This document shows positions 34,544-43,510 of a stretch of 63,847 nucleotides of DNA, piece after piece. The notes beneath the pieces were generated by a model that saw only the letters and a program-made list of their open reading frames with translations, was not told the origin of the DNA and ran no database searches. The stretch's first letter is position 1. Each line of letters opens with the position of its first letter. A program made the position numbers and the translations under genes. Origin of the DNA: an uncultured Bdellovibrionales bacterium (GTDB lineage: Bacteria > Patescibacteriota > Minisyncoccia > Moranbacterales > UBA1568); NCBI GenBank assembly GCA_964420045.1, contig CAYQPQ010000003.1, positions 1 through 63,847 of the forward strand. The letters run 5' to 3'.

Positions 34544-36925
34544 ATGTTGCAACACTCCTATCCGGGGCTTTCGACACGTGAAGCTGAAGCGGCATTGGAG
34601 CGCTACGGTATCAACGATGTTTCCGAACAGCGAACGGGATTTGTGCGAAAGTTCCTCGCGCCACTCTACTCGCCAATATCGATCATGTTGCTCGGTGCGG
34701 CGACGCTTTCGAGACTCAATGGACGGTATTTCGACTTTTACTTCATACTCGCGCTTTACGCGGTAAATTACTCCATACAAAAATGGCAGGAATTCAAAGC
34801 GGATCGTGCCATTCAGGAATTGCAGAATCGATTGTCCTTTGACGTGTGGACACTCCGAGAAGGGAAATGGGTGTTCGTGAATGCAAAATATCTCGTCCCC
34901 GGCGATCATATCCGATTGGGTTTGGGAAGTATTATTCCGGCAGACGGCACGGTGATTGAGGCGAAGAATCTTTCCGTAAATGAAGCGGTTCTGACCGGAG
35001 AATCGCTCCCCAAAGAAAAGCATCCGGGAAGCGCAATTCTTTCCGGATCTTTTGTCGCGACGGGAAGTTTCGAGGCGGAAATAACTGCGACCGGTCGACA
35101 TACCGCTTTTGGAAAAACGATCTTCTCCATCGAGCAGCCGACTGAGAAAAGCATACTCGAGAAAGATATTCTGAGTATCACAAGATTTCTCATGGTGGTA
35201 AGCATGCTTGCCGTTGCAATACTGACCATCGTTTTTCTCTTTCGCGGCGAATCGCTCAATAATCTCGTCTTGCTCGACTTGAGTCTTATCATTGCCGGTA
35301 TCCCCATTGCGCTTCCGGCGGTTATGGCGATTATTCTCAGTATCGGTGCTTCGGGGCTCGCCAAAAAACTCGTCATCGTGCGAAGACTTTCCGCGCTTCA
35401 GGACCTTGCCAATGTGAATCTCCTTTTGACGGATAAAACGGGAACGCTCACGAAGAATGAGATTAGCGTTGCCAATGTCATTTCCTACCGAAATGGTTTG
35501 AGTACGGACGATGTCATAGAGCTTGCGCACCTGGCAACCTCAACTGATACTCCGGATGCTATTGATCTCGCTGTGACGAAACGGTTCCAAAAGACCGGTC
35601 GATCATCCGAAGGAAGCGCTGTGTTAACTTTCATCCCGTATGATTCGGAACGAAAACACTCAACCGCACATATACAAAAAGGAGATGAGAAGCTGCTTAT
35701 CAGCCTTGGCGCTCCGCAAGTCATACGCGCACTTGATGAATTTGCACTTCCGGAAATGGCGGAGCGATTCGACAATGATATTCGTGAAGCGGCGCAAAAT
35801 GGCTTTCGAGTCCTCGCTGTTGCCACAAAGAAAAACAGCGAGGAAGAATCTCACATGGAAATTGCCGGTGTACTTTTCTTGGCGGATCCGCTTGATGAAC
35901 GGTCAAAGGAAACCATGCATTTTATGCGAGAAAACGGCATAGCCGTTAAAATGTTGACGGGAGACAATTGCGTTATCGCGGAGAGAATCGCTCAAGAACT
36001 TGAGTTGCCCGGTGAGGTTTTTCCGGCAGAAGAGGCGCGGAAACTCTTCAGTGATGTCGAAGCCATGCATCGAAAATTCAATGCAATTGCCGCCTTTGCC
36101 GAGATTCTCCCGAAAGATAAATATGAAATTGTAAAAGCATTCCAATCACAGTATATCGTCGCATCAACCGGTGATGGCATCAATGATCTCCCGGCACTCA
36201 AGGTGGCCAATGTCGGCATTGCTGTTTCCGGAGCGGTCAGTGCACTCAAGAGCATGGCCGATATTGTTCTCTTGGGACAAGGATTGTCGGTAATACAAGA
36301 CGCTATCTTGGAATCCCGGAAAATCTTCGTGCGGCTCTATAATTATTCCGTCTATCGAATTTCCGAGAGTTTTCGCCTTATCATCACCATCCTTATCCTA
36401 GGCGTTTGGTACGGATTTTATCCGCTCGTGCCACTCCAACTCATCCTACTCGCATTCTTGAATGACATTCCCATTATTTCTCTGGCGTTTGATCGGGTGA
36501 AAATTCTTGCCAAGCCGTCGGAAGTGAACGTTCGGGAGCGCCTTATTCTGAGTCTTCTCTTCGGATCCGTCGGGGTGATAAACAGCATCTTACTGTTTTT
36601 TCTCATGACCAACGTATTTCACCTTTCGCTTCCGGTGATTCAAACGATATTTTTCCTCAAACTCACCGTATCCGGACACGCGCTCGTATTCGTGGCCCAT
36701 ACCAAAGAACGATGGTACCGTTTCTTCCCCAGTCGCGCGGTCATACTTGCCACGGTTACGACGCAGATACTTGCTACGGCGCTTGCTGTTTCGGGATTTT
36801 TGATGCCGGCAAGCATTTCGCTTTCGACGGCATTCCTGGTGTGGCTGTGGGCGTTCTTCTGGATGCAAATCAGCGAGTATACGAAAGACGTACAAACGCG
36901 ATATTTCCAAAATCATTCGAAATAA
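34544..36925 (+). CDS. P-type ATPase, closest in pattern to type III (plasma-membrane H+/Mg2+ type)
   Basis: GLSTREAEAALERYGINDVSE N-terminus, TGES, LLTDKTGTLTKN, MLTGDN, TGDGINDLPALKVANVGIAV. Confidence 0.8.
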   Translation: MLQHSYPGLSTREAEAALERYGINDVSEQRTGFVRKFLAPLYSPISIMLLGAATLSRLNGRYFDFYFILALYAVNYSIQKWQEFKADRAIQELQNRLSFDVWTLREGKWVFVNAKYLVPGDHIRLGLGSIIPADGTVIEAKNLSVNEAVLTGESLPKEKHPGSAILSGSFVATGSFEAEITATGRHTAFGKTIFSIEQPTEKSILEKDILSITRFLMVVSMLAVAILTIVFLFRGESLNNLVLLDLSLIIAGIPIALPAVMAIILSIGASGLAKKLVIVRRLSALQDLANVNLLLTDKTGTLTKNEISVANVISYRNGLSTDDVIELAHLATSTDTPDAIDLAVTKRFQKTGRSSEGSAVLTFIPYDSERKHSTAHIQKGDEKLLISLGAPQVIRALDEFALPEMAERFDNDIREAAQNGFRVLAVATKKNSEEESHMEIAGVLFLADPLDERSKETMHFMRENGIAVKMLTGDNCVIAERIAQELELPGEVFPAEEARKLFSDVEAMHRKFNAIAAFAEILPKDKYEIVKAFQSQYIVASTGDGINDLPALKVANVGIAVSGAVSALKSMADIVLLGQGLSVIQDAILESRKIFVRLYNYSVYRISESFRLIITILILGVWYGFYPLVPLQLILLAFLNDIPIISLAFDRVKILAKPSEVNVRERLILSLLFGSVGVINSILLFFLMTNVFHLSLPVIQTIFFLKLTVSGHALVFVAHTKERWYRFFPSRAVILATVTTQILATALAVSGFLMPASISLSTAFLVWLWAFFWMQISEYTKDVQTRYFQNHSK

Positions 36926-36977
36926 CAGCAGGTATTTTATAGTCAGGAGTACATCGTAAACACTTTTTCATATTCCT

Positions 36978-37178
36978 ATGGATTCGGATACTCTCAAGAA
37001 ACTGGAAGCGATGGAGCAGAAAATAGACCGCATGTTTACCAGCGTGGAGAAACTTCGACGATATTTTCTGTGGACGTTGGTTATCACGCTTCTAACAGTT
37101 GTCCTTCCGCTTATCGCACTGCTTTTTGCGGTGCCATGGGCATTTGGCATTCTTTCAAATGCATACAACATATCATAA
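36978..37178 (+). CDS. Small membrane protein, hypothetical (66 aa)
   Basis: A charged N-terminal helix followed by two hydrophobic segments. No homology recognised. Confidence 0.35.
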   Translation: MDSDTLKKLEAMEQKIDRMFTSVEKLRRYFLWTLVITLLTVVLPLIALLFAVPWAFGILSNAYNIS

Positions 37179-37187
37179 TATTCTCCT

Positions 37188-38303
37188 ATGACTCGATTGC
37201 TTCGCGGCATAATATTGCTTTGTGTGCTTCTTGCGGTGCTTTTTGGTATACAGGTATTCGTTTTCTTTTCCATTGAAACGTTTTTCTCGATTACCGATGA
37301 TTTCGAACGGCTCCTCTTGTATGCGGGAACAGCCGCTATTCCACTCGGCTTTATTCTCGCGTCCATACTCGGGAAAATGCACGAAAACGTCATCACCAAA
37401 TCCTTCTATGTACTCACGGGGATTCTCTTGGGCATTGGAGCGAATATCGCACTTGCTTCACTTATCGTTTGGGGAATATTTTGGATTTTTGGAAGTTCAG
37501 TCTATTTCTCGTTTCCCATGTTCGCCGGAATATTGTTCGCGCTAGCGATTATTGCGTCGATCTATGGCGTCTGGAACGCCTCTCACCCGATTATTAAACA
37601 TATCGAGGTATCCATTCCGAATCTTCCCGATATCTGGAAAGGGAAGTGTGTCGTTCAGCTGTCGGATATTCATTTGGGATATGTCTATCAGTTGAATTTT
37701 ATGCGTCGAGTTGTTGCGCTCGTCAATGATCTTCATCCGGAAGCAGTCTTTATCACCGGCGATCTCTTCGATGGTATGGACGGCGATCTTGAACATGCCG
37801 TAGATACGATTGGCGATATTCGTTCTCAGCAGGGCATCTTTTTTGTAAATGGAAATCACGAAACGTATTTCGGACTGGAAAAATCATTCGACCTTCTCAA
37901 AAGAACTCCGGTGCGAATTCTCAAGGACGAGGTGGTCGATGTGCAAGGGCTCAAAGTGATCGGTATTGGGTATCCGAAACAGGGAGAAAAGAAGGATATC
38001 GTGCGCATCGCAGAATCTCTCAGCAGCGCCTGGAAGGGAATGCCCAATGTGCTCCTCTACCATGCACCGACGCATATTCAGGGCTTCCAAGACGCTGGTA
38101 TCAATCTTCAACTCTCGGGGCATACCCACAAGGGGCAGCTCTTCCCCTTTAATCTCATAACCAAAATCGTGCATAAGGGACACGATTACGGACTGTATAC
38201 GCAGGGCGACTACACGCTGTACACAACAAGCGGTATCGGCACCTGGGGACCGTCCATGCGACTTGGCAACCGCCCGGAAATTGTCGCTATCACACTCCGA
38301 TAG
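37188..38303 (+). CDS. Membrane-bound metallophosphoesterase
   Basis: Four N-terminal TM helices, then VVQLSDIHLG, TGDLFDG, VNGNHE, LSGHTHKGQ. Confidence 0.85.
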   Translation: MTRLLRGIILLCVLLAVLFGIQVFVFFSIETFFSITDDFERLLLYAGTAAIPLGFILASILGKMHENVITKSFYVLTGILLGIGANIALASLIVWGIFWIFGSSVYFSFPMFAGILFALAIIASIYGVWNASHPIIKHIEVSIPNLPDIWKGKCVVQLSDIHLGYVYQLNFMRRVVALVNDLHPEAVFITGDLFDGMDGDLEHAVDTIGDIRSQQGIFFVNGNHETYFGLEKSFDLLKRTPVRILKDEVVDVQGLKVIGIGYPKQGEKKDIVRIAESLSSAWKGMPNVLLYHAPTHIQGFQDAGINLQLSGHTHKGQLFPFNLITKIVHKGHDYGLYTQGDYTLYTTSGIGTWGPSMRLGNRPEIVAITLR

Positions 38304-38324
38304 GTCTGCATGCTTGGAACATCT

Positions 38325-38338
38325 TGTCAACGTTGACA
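38325..38338. promoter_or_regulatory. Perfect 14-bp palindrome TGTCAACGTTGACA overlapping the -35 element (candidate operator)
   Basis: Exact dyad symmetry read in the sequence. It overlaps the TTGACA of the promoter listed next. Confidence 0.3.
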
Positions 38339-38362
38339 CGAAAAAACATTTTTTTCTACAAT
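38333..38362 (+). promoter_or_regulatory. Near-consensus sigma70-type promoter for the ABC operon
   Basis: TTGACA (38333-38338), 18-nt spacer, TACAAT (38357-38362), 38 nt upstream of the ATG at 38400. Confidence 0.5.
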
Positions 38363-38399
38363 GGGAAAACATGCGTGAACTTTTCCTTTCTTCCTCGGT

Positions 38400-39323
38400 A
38401 TGATTACACTCAAGAATGTCACGAAGTATTTTGGAAATGTCAAAGCGGTAAATGACCTCTCGTTTTCCGTAGACTCAGGCGAAGTTATCGGGTTCCTCGG
38501 ACCGAATGGCGCCGGAAAAACAACAACGCTGCGTATGATGACGGGGTTTCTTTCTCCCGATCGCGGTTCCATCTCCATAGACGGCATCGATATTGAGAGA
38601 GACCCGGTATCCGCTCAGAAAAAAATAGGCTATCTTCCCGAAAACAACCCGCTCTATACCACTATGCTGGTATCGGAGTTTCTTGATTTGGCCGCCCGTC
38701 TCCATCAGGTGCCACCGTCCGACTGCAAAGAGGCAACCGGCCGCGTCGTGCACGCTGTCGGTATCGAAGAAATGTTTTACCGTCCGATACGGGAACTCTC
38801 CAAAGGATTCCGCCAACGAGTCGGCATCGCCGCCGCACTGATTCATCAACCGGACATCATCATCCTTGACGAGCCAACCGAAGGTCTTGATCCAAATCAG
38901 CGGGGAGATATTCGCACGCTCATCAAAGACTTGGCAAAAAAACACACGGTTGTTATGAGCACGCACGTTATGCAAGAGGCTTCCGCCGTCTGCAGTCGAC
39001 TTCTCATACTCAACAAAGGCGGGATAGCCGCCGATGGAACCGCTGAAGAACTTGCTGCCAACGCGGAAGGGAAGCGAATCCTCTCTCTGGACATTGAAGG
39101 ATCCGAAGTAACTCCCGAGTTAACAAAGCTGGTCGGAAAAGAGGCTTTCTCGATAAAAAAGCAGAGACAAGACCGGATTTCCGCCACACTCTCACTTGAA
39201 AAGGGAAGGGAGATTCGTCCCGATATCTCCAAGCTTGCGTGGAAACATCACTGGATTGTGTGGGATATGCATGAAGAAGAACGGAAACTCGAAGACATCT
39301 TTCAAGCCCTTACCAAGGAATAG
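38400..39323 (+). CDS. ABC transporter ATP-binding protein (GldA-like)
   Basis: GPNGAGKTT, LSKGFRQRV, IILDEPTEGLD. Confidence 0.88.
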   Translation: MITLKNVTKYFGNVKAVNDLSFSVDSGEVIGFLGPNGAGKTTTLRMMTGFLSPDRGSISIDGIDIERDPVSAQKKIGYLPENNPLYTTMLVSEFLDLAARLHQVPPSDCKEATGRVVHAVGIEEMFYRPIRELSKGFRQRVGIAAALIHQPDIIILDEPTEGLDPNQRGDIRTLIKDLAKKHTVVMSTHVMQEASAVCSRLLILNKGGIAADGTAEELAANAEGKRILSLDIEGSEVTPELTKLVGKEAFSIKKQRQDRISATLSLEKGREIRPDISKLAWKHHWIVWDMHEEERKLEDIFQALTKE

Positions 39324-39328
39324 ACGCT

Positions 39329-41641
39329 ATGAAAAATATGCTTACGCTTGTCCGAAAGGAATTACAAGCTTCTTTTAACAACCCGACAGCCTATATCGTT
39401 ATCGCGGCATTTCTTCTTCTGTGGGAATTTCTCTTCTTTCGACAGGTCTTTCTCATTGGGGAAGTCTCCGTGCGAAGTCTTTTCGACTTCTTGCCTTGGC
39501 TTCTCCTCCTGGTCATTCCCGCCCTCACCATGGGATCTCTTGCGGAAGAAAAAAACGAGGGGACAATCGAATTTCTTCTGACGCGACCAATACGACCGAT
39601 AGAACTCATTCTTGGAAAATTCTTCGGCATACTCATATTCTTCTCGATAGCAACCGCTTTTGTTTTTCCGATTGCGTGGAGTTTTCATTTCTTCGGAACC
39701 GTTGATTGGGGTCAAGCGGTTGCACAATATCTCGGCGGAATACTTCTGGCAGCCGTTTTGTCGAGCCTCGGCATTGCCATATCGAGCCTCGTACGAAGTC
39801 AGATTGCCGCTTTTGTCGTGTCTGCCATAGCCAGCTTCTTTCTGATTATTTCCGGGATGGAGATTGTGACATCGAGACTGCCTCTTTCGATGGCATCATT
39901 CTTTGAGCAATTCTCCGCTTTCAATCACTTCACCTCTCTTGCGCGCGGCGTAATTGACACCCGAGATATCTGGTATTTCGCTTCTTTTACGGCGGTATTC
40001 TTGAGTGTCGCTTTTTTGAATATTCTTCAATCGAAGCTTGGAAAACGTCGGAAAGCATATCGGCAATACCGACTCGCACTCGTGATACTCTTCGGCATAG
40101 CGTTCTTCTCAAACATTGTCGGTTCGAGAATTCCCGGACGTATCGATCTGACCCGCAATAAAGCGTACACGCTCTCTCCATCGACGGTCGCCATACTGAC
40201 ATCGCTCCCTGATGACATTATCAATATCTCCCTGTACGCTTCGGGGCAGCTCCCGGCAGAATTTCAACCCGTGTTGCGCGACACGAAAGACATGCTCTCG
40301 GACTACCAGCGAATCGCTGCCGGAAAAATACAACTTACCGTCAAGGACCCTCTTTCGGATGCAGCGGTCGCCAGTGAAGCACAATCTCTCGGTATTCAAT
40401 CGGTGCGCTTCAATGTCGTTTCACAAGAGGCCTATCAGGTTAAGGAAGGGTATCTTGGCATCGTTGTCTCCTTTGGAGGAAAACACGAAACCATCCCCTT
40501 TGTTCGAAACACAGACACTCTGGAATACCAACTCTCCAGTCTTTTGACCAAGCTTACTACCGATAAGAAACCAGCTGTCGGCATGCTGTCCGGACATGGA
40601 GAGAAAAGTCTTTTCAGAGACTACGCGCGCATTTCGGATGAATGGAGCAAACAATTCGACGTGCGAGAAATAGTTGCGGAAAGCGACGCATCAACCGACA
40701 CGGCTACAAGCAAGGCAAATTCTGCTAAGAAGCCGACAGAAGAAAATCCTACGAAACATTTTACGCTTTCGGATGATTTGAAAGTGCTGATCATTGCCGG
40801 TCCGACGGAGAATTTTTCCGACAACGAAAAGAAAACGCTGACTGATTTCCTCAATCGCGGTGGAAGCGCGCTCTTTCTGGTTGATGGCGTCACGGCATCG
40901 CCAAGCACCATGAGTGTTTCCAAAAATACCAGTAATTTCACAGGTTTCCTCAAGGATGAGCTGGGCGTCACAGTTCAGGGAAATATGATCTACGATCTCC
41001 GCGCCAATGAATCCGTGAGTTTCGGCGGAGGACATCAAATGCAGTACATATTGCCGTACCCTCTTTGGATTCGCGCACAGAAAATAGCGAGTGATTCTCC
41101 GATTGTCGCATCGATCAATGAAATCTCTCTTCCTTGGACCAGCGGTATCGAAACCAATGATGACGAATTGAAGAAGCAAGGATACGAATCAACGACACTC
41201 TTTTCCACGACGCCGTTTGCCGGACAGGAAGATGCGAATCTCAGCATAGCGCCGGATCAAGACTTTCCGAAGACAGATCTTGCGACACGAACGGTTGCCG
41301 TTGAGCTGTCATCTACGTCAGCGCAAGAAGGGAAGACCGGTTCTCGGATTATCATCGTCGGCAATTCAGGATTTCTCACGGATCAGTTTGTTGGCAACAA
41401 TCCGGCGAATCTCTCTTTTGGCGTAAGCGCTCTGGCATTCTTAGGACAAGAATCTTCCTTGGGCTCAATTGCCGCCAAAAATGCTTCGGCGGAGAAATTT
41501 ACTTTTACCAACGCTTCGGAACCAAATATTCTTAAGTTTGGGAATATGGCGTTTGCACTTGCACTTACTATCGGATACGGCATGTTCCGACTCTTTCGCA
41601 GAAACAGAAAACGACGTCTTTCTTATGGCGAAGAATTCTAA
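39329..41641 (+). CDS. Fused ABC-2 permease (GldF-like) and GldG-like auxiliary ectodomain
   Basis: 770 aa. aa 1-240 form six TM helices of ABC-2 type. A long extracytoplasmic domain follows (RIDLTRNKAYTLSPST...INISLYASGQLP...IVSFGGKHETIPF...IIAGP...IIIVGNSGFLTDQF), then a final TM and a basic tail. Confidence 0.7.
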   Translation: MKNMLTLVRKELQASFNNPTAYIVIAAFLLLWEFLFFRQVFLIGEVSVRSLFDFLPWLLLLVIPALTMGSLAEEKNEGTIEFLLTRPIRPIELILGKFFGILIFFSIATAFVFPIAWSFHFFGTVDWGQAVAQYLGGILLAAVLSSLGIAISSLVRSQIAAFVVSAIASFFLIISGMEIVTSRLPLSMASFFEQFSAFNHFTSLARGVIDTRDIWYFASFTAVFLSVAFLNILQSKLGKRRKAYRQYRLALVILFGIAFFSNIVGSRIPGRIDLTRNKAYTLSPSTVAILTSLPDDIINISLYASGQLPAEFQPVLRDTKDMLSDYQRIAAGKIQLTVKDPLSDAAVASEAQSLGIQSVRFNVVSQEAYQVKEGYLGIVVSFGGKHETIPFVRNTDTLEYQLSSLLTKLTTDKKPAVGMLSGHGEKSLFRDYARISDEWSKQFDVREIVAESDASTDTATSKANSAKKPTEENPTKHFTLSDDLKVLIIAGPTENFSDNEKKTLTDFLNRGGSALFLVDGVTASPSTMSVSKNTSNFTGFLKDELGVTVQGNMIYDLRANESVSFGGGHQMQYILPYPLWIRAQKIASDSPIVASINEISLPWTSGIETNDDELKKQGYESTTLFSTTPFAGQEDANLSIAPDQDFPKTDLATRTVAVELSSTSAQEGKTGSRIIIVGNSGFLTDQFVGNNPANLSFGVSALAFLGQESSLGSIAAKNASAEKFTFTNASEPNILKFGNMAFALALTIGYGMFRLFRRNRKRRLSYGEEF

Positions 41642-41674
41642 TCCGTCAGATTCCGAAATACGAAAAATACGAAT

Positions 41675-42280
41675 ATGAATAACTCATTTCTCAAGGTATC
41701 ATCCATTATTCTTGGCTGCCTCCTCCTTGTTGCCAGTATTCCTTGGTTGCGTGACGCCTTCGGATCAAAGCAGGGGAGCAATACGCTGGCAAGTACAGCT
41801 ACGAGCATCAATCTCTCATCATTTGCAGAAAACTCCGTCATTGCCGTAAACATAAAACAGAAAGACAGGGACGCGATTGTGTTGGAAAAACAGGGAGATG
41901 TGTGGAAAATAGGACCCGACGACGCCGATGCCGACAAGGTAACTTCGCTCTTCCAGGCTTTTTCATTGCTCGTGCCACAAGAAATGGTCTCAAAGAATGA
42001 AGCCAATTTTGCCAAATTCGGAGTCACCAAAGAAGACGGCATTCGGCTCGAGGTTCGAGATGCAAGTGGAGGATCATCCGTTTTCTATGTGGGTACGGAT
42101 AGCGACGTTCCCCAAGAGTTTTTTATTCGAAAAGATGGTATAAAAAATACCTATTCTGCCAAAGGAACACTCCGAAGCCTCCTTACTCAGGGTGCATCCT
42201 ATTGGAAGAAATCGTCCGAAAAAAAATCCGGTGCGGATACGTCGACAAATACGAATATCTCGAAAGAATCTGCGAAGTAG
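41675..42280 (+). CDS. Signal-anchored extracytoplasmic protein, DUF4340-like (usual partner of GldG-type genes)
   Basis: 201 aa with an N-terminal TM. Position and size match the DUF4340 gene that commonly follows GldG-type genes. The assignment is from context. Confidence 0.45.
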   Translation: MNNSFLKVSSIILGCLLLVASIPWLRDAFGSKQGSNTLASTATSINLSSFAENSVIAVNIKQKDRDAIVLEKQGDVWKIGPDDADADKVTSLFQAFSLLVPQEMVSKNEANFAKFGVTKEDGIRLEVRDASGGSSVFYVGTDSDVPQEFFIRKDGIKNTYSAKGTLRSLLTQGASYWKKSSEKKSGADTSTNTNISKESAK

Positions 42281-42367
42281 TGTATACTCAAAAAATGTGA
42301 ACAGGGAAGTCATGTAAACTCAGCGCTCTCGAGAATAATTCGTTTATACAAAATAAGAATTCTCTTT

Positions 42368-42721
42368 ATGTCAGATATTCAAAGTATTTTCAATCACTTG
42401 AGCGAGATGAAAAAAGAACAAAAGGAAATAAAAAAAGAGTATCGAGACGTGCTCGCGCAGAATCTCGATTATGAGAAAGCTGTCGAGGAGCTCGAGAAAT
42501 CGAGGGAGAAGAAAACCATGCTCGAGCAAAAGGCTAAAGAATCTCTTGGTAAACGCTATGAGCGCTACGAAGAACTTGCCGATGAAATCAAAGCGAATCA
42601 AGAAATGCTCTCCGATATGGCTATGACGACGCTTATGGACGGAAAAACTGTTGAAGCCGTCGATGAATATGGCAACAAATACGAGCCTATTTTCGCCGTC
42701 CGCTTTAAGAAACAAGGGTAG
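42368..42721 (+). CDS. Hypothetical coiled-coil protein (117 aa)
   Basis: A Lys/Glu-rich heptad-like sequence. Followed by a hairpin plus T-tract. Confidence 0.5.
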   Translation: MSDIQSIFNHLSEMKKEQKEIKKEYRDVLAQNLDYEKAVEELEKSREKKTMLEQKAKESLGKRYERYEELADEIKANQEMLSDMAMTTLMDGKTVEAVDEYGNKYEPIFAVRFKKQG

Positions 42722-42798
42722 AGGAGGGGAGGAGAGAGTAACGAGAAGAAATGAAAGATTTGTAGAAGGTGTCTGCGCGGATAGGACAGATAAATATA

Positions 42799-42830
42799 AA
42801 AAAACCGGCATATATTCATACCGGTTTTTG
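42799..42830 (+). terminator. Candidate rho-independent terminator
   Basis: AAAAACCGG (42800-42808) ... CCGGTTTTT (42821-42829). The stem is weak and AU-rich. Confidence 0.4.
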
Positions 42831-42839
42831 GAAATATAC

Positions 42840-42869
42840 TATGTCGCATAATGTAAGTTATGCGACATA
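42840..42869. terminator. Perfect 12-bp stem hairpin (TATGTCGCATAA / TTATGCGACATA, 6-nt loop)
   Basis: Exact inverted repeat. It lies 13 nt downstream of the stop (42884-42882) of the minus-strand gene fragment. Confidence 0.45.
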
Positions 42870-42881
42870 TAACTATACAAA

Positions 42882-43067
42882 TCACTTTTCTTCGTAATCA
42901 TAATCAGTAGTGAGAAGCGGCGCATCTCCTTCAGCTGTCTCACCATCATCTTCTTCTATGGGAAGCAAGTTTGCCGCCATACCAGCAGCACCAATGTACG
43001 TATTATATGGTCCGGAAGGACCAAGGAATTCCCAAGAAGCCCCATCACTGTCACCAGGATCACTAGG
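42882..43067 (-). pseudogene. 3-prime fragment of an unknown gene (acidic C-terminal tail), truncated at the IS30 remnant
   Basis: The open frame ...PGDSDGASWEFLGPSGPYNTYIGAAGMAANLLPIEEDDGETAEGDAPLLTTDYDYEEK* has no credible start. The frame closes at 43095-43097, inside the IS30 fragment. Confidence 0.3.
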
Positions 43068-43367
43068 ATGACCATTGACAGAGGAACTGAAATGTCACAA
43101 CGCAAACTTTTTACCAGAGAGACGAAAATACGGGTGTTCTTTGCTGATCCCTACAGCCCATGGCAAAGAGGCACAAACGAAAATACCAACGGTCTTATTC
43201 GGCAATACTTTCCCAAAGGAAGTGATTTGTCTCAGGTATCCGTGAGGCAAATGAGGGCGGTTGAGCAAAAGTTAAACTCACGTCCACGAAAGGTTCTTGG
43301 ATTTTATACACCTTCAGAGAAGTTTTACACATTAACAACGGGTCAGAATATTGCATTGGAAAGTTGA
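43068..43367 (+). pseudogene. IS30-family transposase, C-terminal fragment only
   Basis: TIDRGTEM...VFFADPYSPWQRGTNENTNGLIRQYFPKGSDL...LNSRPRKVLGFYTPSEKF matches the last third of an IS30 DDE transposase. The N-terminal two thirds are absent. Confidence 0.8.
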
Positions 43368-43471
43368 ATCCAGCTAAGAAACCATGAAAAAGAAATCATG
43401 AAAAAATCATTCGGCACAAAAATGGTACAAAAAAGAGGGAAGTCGTCAGTATTTTCTCCTTTTGCTTCTTT

Positions 43472-43499
43472 TTGCTTGAGGTGGATCCGGGAGTATAAT
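43472..43499 (+). promoter_or_regulatory. Candidate sigma70-type promoter for 43511-45322
   Basis: TTGCTT (43472-43477), 16-nt spacer, TATAAT (43494-43499). The ATG is only 12 nt downstream, so the leader would be very short. Confidence 0.35.
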
Positions 43500-43510
43500 A
43501 AAAGACACCT

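Noticed and set aside
34277-35530. A 417-aa minus-strand ORF spanning the end of the MFS gene and the start of the P-type ATPase gene
   Set aside because: The translation is Arg/Ser/Cys-rich with no motifs. The plus strand carries unmistakable P-type ATPase motifs in the same interval, so this is a shadow ORF of a moderately GC-rich coding region.
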